A DNA stretch of 64,000 bases from an uncultured delta proteobacterium. GTDB lineage: Bacteria > Desulfobacterota > Syntrophia > Syntrophales > UBA2185. The notes beneath the pieces are model-generated. The model made no database searches. It had not been told where the DNA came from and saw nothing but the letters and a program-made list of their open reading frames with translations. The stretch lies in contig CAVOID010000005.1 in assembly GCA_963695875.1 (NCBI GenBank), forward strand, positions 1 to 64,000, given 5' to 3'. Below are positions 32,693 through 42,083 of this stretch, piece after piece (positions within the stretch are counted from its first letter, which is position 1; every line of letters begins with the position of its first letter). Both the position numbers and the translations under genes were made by a program.

Positions 32693-34870
32693 GGCCTTAT
32701 CTCCACCGCCGTTATGTAATTACCGAATCCCATGACAAGAACACCCCTCCCCCGCAATGGCACCGGGCCTTGATGGCAGACGTTTTCTGGTATTTCACCG
32801 GCTTTCACAAACGAGACCGCCAGAACCGCCGCGACGGCCGACGCCGATGCAAATTCACCGACGAACCTCCGATAATCGATAACGGGATGAGGGTATCCCG
32901 TGAGAGACAGGAAGTCATTTAGTTGCCCCTCTCCCTTTTCTCTTTGTGCGGCGGGAATTCCCGCCAGGATGGCCCCGAATTCGTCTTTGATTCTTTCCCT
33001 TCCACCGAGCGCATTGATGAGTTCCGCGATACATTTCCTGTTGGTTCCGGCGTAAGAGAAAAACGAAGGATATATCTGCAATGAGCGATGTCGACGTCGC
33101 CGGCATGAGGTAGAGAGCGCCGCCTCCGTCTGCCGGGACTCCCGCCTGCGCCACGGAGGCATCAAACAGAGGAGATAATTTTTCGTGATATTCGTCCGCG
33201 CCGATTACGAGAAGAGGATCATCGCTGTTCCGGGTGAGAAGGCTCGCGCTCAGCAGTGCCTGCTCGAAGGAACAATCGCCGCCTGTCATGGTCACGTTCG
33301 GACCGGTTGCCTTGAAGTGGATCGCGACATGACCTGCGGCCGCGTTGTGCACGGAGCCGACAAAATCCGTCGGGCTGGTAAATCTCTCATTCGATGCAAA
33401 GAGTTTTGTCAGGAAATCATGGGTCTCAGAAAGCCCGCCCCAACCGGTTCCGAAAAAAACCGAGGCCGGTGGTTTCGTCATCGTCGTATCTGCACAGGCA
33501 GAAACCGCGAGCGACAGGCCCATGCGGCAAAGACGCTTCATACGTCGGACGTATTTCTCGGAGAGAAACCTCAGTATTTCGGCAGATGGAACGATTCCGC
33601 CGGCTCCTTCACCACGACTGATATGTTCCATTGTTCGTACGGCATCCCCGGCCCCTGTAAAGCAGGAGCTTCCCAATATGGCAAATGCTCTGGGTTTTAC
33701 CTCGGAAACCGGAGCCTTGAAATCTTCTTGACCCCCCGGACGGCCGATAACGAGGACAGCGTTATTTCCGCCGAAACCGAAGGCATTTACAAGAACCGTG
33801 TTTATCTTCGCCTCCAAAGGCTCTCTCACCGGCATCAAACTCAAGCCGGGATCGGGATCATGAAAGCCCGTATTCGCAGGTATGATGCCATGGGTAATGC
33901 TTAATGTGGAAACAACAGCGCCAATCGCCCCTGCTGCCGCCAGAGAATGACCGACAGACCCTTTGATGGAAGAGAGCGGCGGCAAAGGATGATCTCCGAA
34001 AAGGGCGTGTACCGCCCTTGCCTCAGCAAGATCGTTATCTACGGTGCCCGTTCCGTGGAGATGGATATAATCGATATCCGCAGGTGAAATGCAGGCATCG
34101 GAAAGAGCTTCTTTCATGGCATGCAGCGCTCCAACGCCTTCCGGATGAGGCGAAGCGGGATGATAGGCGTCGCAGGATAAGCCGGCCCCGACCAATTCTG
34201 CAAGGATATCGTCCGGTGGGATTTCCGCAGCGGTCAGAAGCAGCATGGCAGCACCCTCACCGACGGACATACCGCGTCTCCCTTTGTCGAAAGGATGAGC
34301 GCCTGTAACATCTACAAGCTGAAGAGAATGAAAACCATAGTAGGTCAACCGGCAGAGCGCATCAACGCCTCCTGCAAGGACCCTTTTCACCCTGCCTGAC
34401 CGCAGCATTTCAAGAGCGATTTTCAGGGCAACAGATCCTGATGAGCACGCTGTCGAAACAGTGAGGACGGGACCTTCACATCCCACGCGGCGGGCTATAT
34501 TCTCGGCAATGGAACCGGTGGAGTGATTTCTGTATCTTTCAGGATCAACGACGCCTTGTTTTAAAAGTTCCTCTGTAACAGGCATTCCTCCCGTGGTGAC
34601 GCCGATGACAATTGCATCCGGCGGGCCGCCCCCATTTTCCATAGCCTCTTCGGCAGCAGCAAGCGCCAGCGCATGGGTCCGGGGCAGATCCTCCGTGGAA
34701 GAAAACGAGATGATTTCACCGACGGGTAGCGGTGTTTCGGAAGTTGGGAAAAGATGAAGAGGTTTAATTTCTCGTGCAGCTGTTTTGATGGAGTCTATTG
34801 TATCGAATATGCCTTGTCCGAAAGGGCTTATGATTCCCATTGATGAAATAAAAACACGTGTGCCATTCAA
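32689..34870 (-). CDS. Ketosynthase fused to a chain-length-factor-like domain (KS-D), frameshift near 33090
   Basis: STACSSG, HGTGT, GHSL, FGFGGNN followed in the same ORF by RRMKR..RMG, GTGWG, SPTDFVGSVHN. Confidence 0.88.
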
Positions 34871-35133
34871 TTCTTTTTCTCCGACCGGTAATGATGGACA
34901 TAATCCGCCAAAGCCGCAACGGATGCGAAAACCTTAACGCCGAGCTCTTTGCTGTCGATTTTTACACCGTAATCTTTTTCAAGCATCATGACCAGTTCCA
35001 GCACATCGATGGAATCCAGTCCGAGATCGCCTCCGATGAGCTGAGCATTCTCATTGATGTCCCCCGGAGAAATATCGATAAGATTCAAGGTCTCGATGAT
35101 TTTAACTTTCAGTTCTTGAATTAATTCATTCAT
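34867..35133 (-). CDS. Acyl carrier protein (ACP-2)
   Basis: LGLDSIDVLELV. Confidence 0.93.
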   Translation of the reverse strand: MNELIQELKVKIIETLNLIDISPGDINENAQLIGGDLGLDSIDVLELVMMLEKDYGVKIDSKELGVKVFASVAALADYVHHYRSEKKN

Positions 35134-35190
35134 TTCAGTTCCTTTAGGTGGTTATAAACGATGTGATAAGCAGGTACCATCACTGTTGTT

Positions 35191-35213
35191 GGTTCAGGTC
35201 TCTGACCCGAACC
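35191..35213. repeat. REP-like hairpin
   Basis: GGTTCAGGTC-TCT-GACCCGAACC. Confidence 0.4.
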
Positions 35214-35729
35214 GAACTGCCCTAGGCTGCCCAGTACCGTAAAACCAGCCATCATTCACGCCGTCAGCCGTTTCGTTATACACGAAGATCAACCCATTCC
35301 GCAATGATTTTTCTGATTAGGTTCCGGCAGGTAAAAATCAAGTATGGCATTCATGGAATTCCATTGCCGTCAATGGTCTTGCTCCGGAAAAATATAGAGA
35401 GCGTGTCTCTATCTCCCAAAGGGTTGTATGAAGTCAGCTGAAAATGGCAAATATGAAATGGCGATTCCAATACCCGCTGCTCGTTGAACCAGACAGGGAA
35501 TCACTTCGATGATAATCGTTTGAAACATTCAGCTTAATTCGCTGAGTGAAAGGTCATATTCTTCGTCTATGAGTTTTCTTTTTACCATATCAAATATGGC
35601 CAGAAACCCTTACGATAAGCTTTCAATTCCGGGTTAGGCTCAAGGAGAAAAAAGATAAGATCGCAAGCATAATCTGTTTGCCCCGTCCTTCTGCAGATTG
35701 CCAGATAGGATACTTGACAAAGGAACTTA

Positions 35730-36638
35730 TTATGCTTTCTGGTTTCGTCGAGCCTGCTTTGGTTTCTCCATCCAGTGTTTGATACGGTTGGCGTCGCCGA
35801 AGCGGGTAAGCTTCCCTTGAGCATCTAGCAGTACAATCAACACGGGACGCTGCGCCACATGGGCCTGCATCACCAGGCATCGGCCTGCCTCATTGATGAA
35901 GCCGGTTTTGGAGAGGCCGATCTGCCAACTACGGCTCCTGATCAAGAGGTTGCTGTTACGGAATTTAAGTGTGCGGCGGCCCGAATGGATCGTGACCTCT
36001 TTGCGGGTTGTGAATTCCCGGACAAGACTATATTGATAGGCAGCGTCCACCATGCGCACCAACTCCCGAGCGGAGGAGACATTGCCGCTGGAGATTCCGG
36101 TAGGATCCTCGAAGTGTGTCTCGGCGAGTCCCAGTGACTTGCTCTTGGCGTTCATGGCAATAACAAATATGTCGATACCGCCTGGATAGGTCCGCCCCAA
36201 GGCGTGAGCAGCACGGTTTTCGGAAGCCATCAAAGCCAGTAACAAGGCCTCTCCGCGCGTGAGGCGGGTACCCACCGGTAGGCGGGAGCGGCTGAATCGC
36301 AGTCTGTCTACATCTTCGGGTTCGATGGTAATCGATTCCTGGAGGTCTACTTGCGCATCCAGCACCACCATGGCGGTCATAAGCTTGGTGATCGAGGCAA
36401 TGGGCAATACCATCTCCGCTTGCTTCTGAACCAGGCACTCACCTGTCTGCTGATCCTCCACAAATGCGGAGGCGGAGCGCAGAATGAGCTTCTGAGGAAC
36501 CCTGATAGCTGCAACGCGCGAATAGGTTCTATAGTCAAGGGATCTCGACGATTTTGAGAATCCTATGGCCCCTTGGACTTCCAACATGCCCCAAGTCAGA
36601 AGGATCCCCAGGATTACCATGCCATTTCTGCGCGTCAT
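35730..36638 (-). CDS. pbpG: D-alanyl-D-alanine endopeptidase (PBP7, peptidase S11)
   Basis: ASITK (SxxK), SEN (SxN), KTG; N-terminal signal. Confidence 0.9.
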   Translation of the reverse strand: MTRRNGMVILGILLTWGMLEVQGAIGFSKSSRSLDYRTYSRVAAIRVPQKLILRSASAFVEDQQTGECLVQKQAEMVLPIASITKLMTAMVVLDAQVDLQESITIEPEDVDRLRFSRSRLPVGTRLTRGEALLLALMASENRAAHALGRTYPGGIDIFVIAMNAKSKSLGLAETHFEDPTGISSGNVSSARELVRMVDAAYQYSLVREFTTRKEVTIHSGRRTLKFRNSNLLIRSRSWQIGLSKTGFINEAGRCLVMQAHVAQRPVLIVLLDAQGKLTRFGDANRIKHWMEKPKQARRNQKA

Positions 36639-36973
36639 GTTTTCACCGTTACTTGAAGATGCCGGAGTCTCTACTTTACAGTAACCAATGACCACATGGT
36701 CATTCACAATTGGTTGTTATCATTGTCATGAAGTCATTGAATATTTAATATAACCTATAAATTATTTGAGTCTAGTAACCTGGACTCTTTGATACAGAAC
36801 GCTATAGTTATTTTCTCTGTCTGGCGCTTGGTTTTTCTGGTGGTGCTGCACTATTGCAACTTTCTAATTCATTTTTCAAATGTATCTGCTTCCCTTTAAT
36901 TTTTTCTGTGCTGTGCTATACGCTGCCTTCAACTTATTCCGTGAATGTTTATTTAAGACTGTGCTGACTGGTG

Positions 36974-37023
36974 TAAAGCTCCCCGCCTACAAGGCGGGGC
37001 TTGCGGGATGTGCTCCCGGTCAA
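36974..37023. repeat. Double-hairpin short repeat element
   Basis: CCCCGCCT-ACA-AGGCGGGG followed by CGGGA-TGTGC-TCCCG, within AT-rich DNA. Confidence 0.45.
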
Positions 37024-37363
37024 AATCAGATTCATTTTCTTCGTCAAAGGTGACTAAATCCCTACTTTTTTGAATTCTTGAGACTTCCTTTTTACTTATC
37101 CGGCAAAGAGTCCAGATAAATAGCATAAAGAGAATGGTCAGAATTGCAATCACGCCTTCATTACTCTAAAATAGAGAAGCTTGTACTATCAGAGTGATAT
37201 GACGCCGCCATTGCCTCACATTCTATGGATTCGAAGTTTCTTGTTTTCTTCTGATTCTCCTTTACTATATATTGATACAGTAATATATTTGATATACCTT
37301 ATGCTGAGCATTGTCAATATATTTTTTATTGCATATTAATCCTGGATATATTATATATTCCTT

Positions 37364-37531
37364 ATGCCAACCGGTAAGCCTAAAATAATTTTAGTCCTCG
37401 ATCAAGACATTCGCGACCGGATCGATGACTACCGCTATGGTAATCGTATCCCTTCACGCTCCGAGGCCATCCGTCGATTAATTCTTGAAGCCCTTCAGAA
37501 TTATGAAAAAATGAAATCGCACGAGAGTTAG
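37364..37531 (+). CDS. Small ribbon-helix-helix regulator, 55 aa (below the ORF track cutoff)
   Basis: MPTGKPKIILVLDQDIRDRIDDYRYGNRIPSRSEAIRRLILEAL. Confidence 0.8.
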   Translation: MPTGKPKIILVLDQDIRDRIDDYRYGNRIPSRSEAIRRLILEALQNYEKMKSHES

Positions 37532-38073
37532 GCCTTTTTTCAAGTTAAGCACTAATAATCTCCATCATAATTTTTTCACAGTTCCTATCGAATATGGAAT
37601 TCCCGAATGTTCGTGAATTTGGCGGTGATACATGCCAAACATAAAATATGGCATCTATAAATAATTTATGAGCGGAATAATCGAAAGGTGTGCTGGTCTT
37701 GACCGGGCCCTGCCGACGTATCCGAATCAGCCACTATGCTGCTTCTTGGCCACGGATTTATTGGGTCAGCGGGAGTCAGGAGAATGTTTAAAGAATAAGA
37801 TGGGGTCTAACTCTTATCTGAAAGGCAGTGTCAGATAGGCTATTTTTTTTATCCATCGATTTTATTGATTGTTAAAGCCAATCTACTGGCAAAGATGATT
37901 AATCCACCGCCATTTGAAGTGTCGTTTCATTTCTGGTTGATGTAAAAATCAGCCGACGCTACAAGCGATCGGCTGGGTTGTCTTATCAGGCAATCATTTT
38001 TTTAAAATATTCAATGTGACAGACCTAACCATTTTTTTTAGCATGTAATCAATCATATTTTCCAATCTGCAAT

Positions 38074-39222
38074 TCATGCAAGCAACGCTGCCATCTCTTC
38101 TTTTCGGGCGTTCGCATCCGCTGCACCGATTTCCATAAGATTTTTTATATAGCTTGGAACAAACATGACCATGCTGAGCCAATCAAAACTTCCCATTTCA
38201 TGAGTGCCGAGTCCGCGCATAAGAAAACGAAACAGACGGGGCAAATCGGATTCAAATTCGCCGGCTATTTTTCCCAGGTGTACGGAAGGACGCAAAACAA
38301 ATTCCCGAACTAATCGGAGCTTATTATATTCATTTAATGTGTTACTATCAAGAACACGGTTGACTCGCTCAAGCTCAAGTGCATCCTGATCCAGGAAATC
38401 AAGAAAAATAGCATTCATCAATATACCCATTATATGAGCAACGGAGGGATAGCCGCGATGGGTCTCATAACTTGCCTCTTGCATGGAGGGCTTGCAGCGA
38501 GTCGAAATTGCCAGGATACGTCCTGCGCCAAGATGCAGAGAGGGTGAAAGCGGTGCGGATTGACGAATAACGCCATCACCATACCAAGAATTTTCAACTT
38601 TAACGGCTGGAAAGAAAATAGGCAGCGCCGTGGAAGCCATGATTTGGTCAACCGTAATTTCTGTCATAACACTGTGTCTATCGGGCCTTTCCCACATTTC
38701 GATATTCTTTCCCTGAACCCATGTAACAGTTTGGCCCGTTGTATAGTTTGTGGCTGTGATGGCAAGGGCTTTTAGTTTTTGCCTTCTTATATTCTCGCGG
38801 ATTCCTATTATTCCGCCGCCCGATGATTTAAAGCCATTTTCCAACATTTTTCTGAGCGGCGTAGTATCCACCAATCCTTTCGGGGATATTGTCGTAGCAA
38901 CACCTCCCGAAAGAAGGGAGAACCCCCAATGCAAAACATTTTTTAATAGGCTCCCGGCATCTACTTTAAAAACATTATCGATTTTAAGTTTAAGCCAGAA
39001 TTCGCTTAGTGCATTAACAGCTTCTGCAAAGGTACCTTGATGATTGGCAATAAACGTTGCGTTGATGGCACCGGCGGAAACGCCTGTTAATATCGGGATG
39101 TTGAGGTGAGGGAAATGATCTGCAAGGGAACGCAGAAAGCCTACTTGATAAGCGGCATGCGCCCCTCCTCCACTTAGTACGAGAGCTAAATCATTATTGT
39201 CGCTACTCAATGACCACACCAA
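38074..39222 (-). CDS. Patatin-like phospholipase
   Basis: LSGGGAHA, GVSAG, DGV (variant of DGG). Confidence 0.9.
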   Translation of the reverse strand: MVWSLSSDNNDLALVLSGGGAHAAYQVGFLRSLADHFPHLNIPILTGVSAGAINATFIANHQGTFAEAVNALSEFWLKLKIDNVFKVDAGSLLKNVLHWGFSLLSGGVATTISPKGLVDTTPLRKMLENGFKSSGGGIIGIRENIRRQKLKALAITATNYTTGQTVTWVQGKNIEMWERPDRHSVMTEITVDQIMASTALPIFFPAVKVENSWYGDGVIRQSAPLSPSLHLGAGRILAISTRCKPSMQEASYETHRGYPSVAHIMGILMNAIFLDFLDQDALELERVNRVLDSNTLNEYNKLRLVREFVLRPSVHLGKIAGEFESDLPRLFRFLMRGLGTHEMGSFDWLSMVMFVPSYIKNLMEIGAADANARKEEMAALLA

Positions 39223-39303
39223 TCTTGAGGTTTAATATGTACTAATTTCCTCTTTAACCCTTATAATTTTGCAAATTTATCAAAAAGCGTCAACAGCGGA
39301 AAA

Positions 39304-39411
39304 AATGGGGATGGATTTATTTTATTACTGTATCATGATATTTATGGCTTATTTGCGTCTTCAACAACAGAAAGGTTAGTGCTCGACATTTTAAAAAAAT
39401 CCATCCCCATT
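39304..39411. repeat. 108-bp MITE/REP-like element with perfect 15-bp inverted ends
   Basis: AATGGGGATGGATTT (39304-39318) and AAATCCATCCCCATT (39397-39411). Confidence 0.7.
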
Positions 39412-41061
39412 CTACTCAAGGTCATGCAAAACAGCGGCACCGAATTTCTCCTTTTTTGTGTCGAATGTCCTCTTACTGCTGCATCTCGCCTCTTTTGCTT
39501 CTTCGAGGAAGTATCTCAAGAGATTGAGATCACTGTTGTTGCGGACGCCAGCTTTAAGATCCTTTGAAATCTTTGCCACAACGGACAGGATACCAAAGGT
39601 GTAAAGGCTCAATGTCGTCACTCGTCTCAGGAAGAATTCCTTCTCTCCCACCTTTTTTCCATATAAGAGGATTCCCAGCAGCAGCATTCGTTTGATCACT
39701 CGTGCATTGGCCATTGCCATTTTTACTGCCTCCCGCATGGTTTTGTCGCCGACATCCAGGTACAAGGGCATCGCCGTAAAACTGGAGAAGAATGCTTTCG
39801 GAATGAAGGACAAGCGGGCAAACCATCGGTGTGAGCGGAGCTGTCTCTTCAGCCGTCCGAGAAGGAAGAGGGCGGGATAGACGGAATGGATTTCCGTCGT
39901 TCCTTCGAATATAGGAACGACCCGGAAATCGCGCATTCGCTTTTCGTAAGGCTGGGTCATGAGATAGCCGGCCCCTCCGGCTACCTGAAGGGCATCGTAA
40001 AGGACATCCCAGGCGCGTGTCGATCCGAAAAGCTTGCAGTGTGATGTCTCAATTACTGGATCCTCAGTCGGTGCAGTTTCGAGAAGATTCGCAGTAAAAT
40101 AATTCATGCATGACATCACAAATCCGTGGGTCCTGGCATTGATAATTTTCTCCTGGACGAGAGGAAAATTTCGGATGGGGACACCGAACTGGACCCTGGT
40201 GCGGGCGCGCTTGAGCATGTCCTTCAAGGATACGTCCATGAGGCCGACGGACACGGCGCCAAGGGCGAGTCTCCCATAGTTGAGAATGGCCAGGGCGATC
40301 TTGTACCCTTCTCCCGACTTTCCCAGCATGTTCGCTACAGGGACGTGAACGTTGTCAAATTGAATGGTGGCCGTGGAGCTGGCCTTGATCCCCATCTTAG
40401 GCATGTCCTTCCCGATCTTCACACCTTCCCATGCCGTCTCCGCAATGAAGGCGCCCATGAAGCCGGGATGGGCCGGGTCCATCTGGGCGAAGACAGTGAG
40501 GCCGCGCGCGTAGTTTGCGTTGGTGATGTAGGTTTTCATGCCGTTGAGGATGTAGTACTTTCCATCTCCGGAGAGTTCGGCCTTCGTCTCAATATGTCTC
40601 GCATCGGAGCCGAAATTGGGTTCCGTGAGGGCGTAGGAAAAGATCATTTCCCCCGAGGCAGCAAGAGGGAGGTATTGGCGCTTTTGCTCTTCCGTCCCGA
40701 ATAGTTCGATGCCCTTGATGCCGATGAAGAGGTGGGCAAGGAAAACGATTGCAACGGCTACGTCCAGGGCCGATATTTCTTCGACTAGTCGGATGCAGTT
40801 GAAAAGGTCAACGCCCAACCCGCTATAGGTTTCGGCAACGGTGATACCGAAGAAGCCCTTCCTTCCCATCTCTCGCAGCATCTCCTCGGGGATGCGTCCC
40901 TCCTCTTCGATCTTCTGCGGGGAATAGTTTTTGAGCATCTCCCGATAGGTCTTCAAGAGGGACTGAACCTTTTCCGAATCGCCCGGCATGTGGAAGGCGT
41001 TAAAGACCGTTTGGTCCAGAACACCGTCTAATATCTTTTCCATGAAACTACCCGATGCCAT
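39412..41061 (-). CDS. Acyl-CoA dehydrogenase with C-terminal extension (VLCAD/ACAD9-like)
   Basis: ALTEP..GSDA, NGMKTYITN, KMGIKAS, RVQFG, GGAGY, IFEGTTEI. Confidence 0.92.
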   Translation of the reverse strand: MASGSFMEKILDGVLDQTVFNAFHMPGDSEKVQSLLKTYREMLKNYSPQKIEEEGRIPEEMLREMGRKGFFGITVAETYSGLGVDLFNCIRLVEEISALDVAVAIVFLAHLFIGIKGIELFGTEEQKRQYLPLAASGEMIFSYALTEPNFGSDARHIETKAELSGDGKYYILNGMKTYITNANYARGLTVFAQMDPAHPGFMGAFIAETAWEGVKIGKDMPKMGIKASSTATIQFDNVHVPVANMLGKSGEGYKIALAILNYGRLALGAVSVGLMDVSLKDMLKRARTRVQFGVPIRNFPLVQEKIINARTHGFVMSCMNYFTANLLETAPTEDPVIETSHCKLFGSTRAWDVLYDALQVAGGAGYLMTQPYEKRMRDFRVVPIFEGTTEIHSVYPALFLLGRLKRQLRSHRWFARLSFIPKAFFSSFTAMPLYLDVGDKTMREAVKMAMANARVIKRMLLLGILLYGKKVGEKEFFLRRVTTLSLYTFGILSVVAKISKDLKAGVRNNSDLNLLRYFLEEAKEARCSSKRTFDTKKEKFGAAVLHDLE

Positions 41062-41147
41062 CAGTCTCCTCCTTTCTCTTGAATCCGCGTCCGTTACATC
41101 TCTTCGCAAAAAGCATCCTATCGAACATATAGAAATTCCGTAATTTT

Positions 41148-42062
41148 TTATAATTTGTTGGCATCCCCCTCCAGTTTCCGTCCGAGAAAAGGCTCGAAGT
41201 GGAACCATTCAAAGGGATGCTGCCGCACTTGTTCCTCAAGGCGGTCGGCATAGGTTTGCGCCGCCCTGCTGATGGCCTCCTGCCTATCGTCCCGGTTTTT
41301 TGCATGGACGTACTCCGGCGGCAATGTTTGAAAGTGATATCTCTGTTTACCTGTGCGAAACGCAAAAAAAATGTACAGAGGGGTGCCGGATAGCAGGGCA
41401 AAGACAAAGGGAGTTTCCGGGAGATATGCCTCATGCCCCAGGAATCGAACCGTTATGGAACGCTGGTCTTTGCGCCATATGCGGTCGCCGGTCAGAGAAA
41501 CCAGGCCGCCAGCCTTCAGAAAGTTGATGCCTTCGACGATATCAGTGGGGGTTCCCCCTTCCTCTTCCACAACTATAATCTTCACACCGCTCTGGACGAG
41601 GCTCTCCTTCTGCGTATGCTCAATCTGGTCCTTGTGCTTCTGGCCCAGGTAGAGAAGCAGTTTCATCTGCGGATTATTGCGGCCCTGAACCTTGAGCATA
41701 TGAGCCGCAATTTCCCAGTTCCCCACATGGGACATGAGAATAATGCCGCCCAATTTCCTGTTTACAGCCTCCTCAAGATAGTTCCACCCCTCATGTGTGA
41801 TGGCAAGCTTATGCTCATCGAAGAGGAGAAACCTGTCCATGTATACATAGGTGAAATCGTGAAATTGCTTCCACGCACACCAAAGATGATACAATCGCCC
41901 CCTTGACAGAAAGAGGGCTCCGTAAAAGCGTACGCTTACGGCCACCCTTCCCGGGAAAAGGAGAAAATATCCGGTGGCAACGAACCAGGCCATCACCCGG
42001 AACACCCATAGTCCCATTCGCTTTGACAGGGCAATCAGGATCCGGTAGAAAATATCCTTCAT
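41148..42062 (-). CDS. LpxL-like (lipid A lauroyltransferase family) acyltransferase
   Basis: SHVGNWE, GDR, HPFEWFHF. Confidence 0.85.
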   Translation of the reverse strand: MKDIFYRILIALSKRMGLWVFRVMAWFVATGYFLLFPGRVAVSVRFYGALFLSRGRLYHLWCAWKQFHDFTYVYMDRFLLFDEHKLAITHEGWNYLEEAVNRKLGGIILMSHVGNWEIAAHMLKVQGRNNPQMKLLLYLGQKHKDQIEHTQKESLVQSGVKIIVVEEEGGTPTDIVEGINFLKAGGLVSLTGDRIWRKDQRSITVRFLGHEAYLPETPFVFALLSGTPLYIFFAFRTGKQRYHFQTLPPEYVHAKNRDDRQEAISRAAQTYADRLEEQVRQHPFEWFHFEPFLGRKLEGDANKL

Positions 42063-42083
42063 TCCATCCTCATTTCCTCATGC

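Noticed and set aside
19422..34308. Long plus-strand ORFs within the lipid cluster (e.g. 19422-20234, 27450-28127, 33185-33904)
   Set aside because: Shadow ORFs opposite well-supported genes, with no motifs of their own
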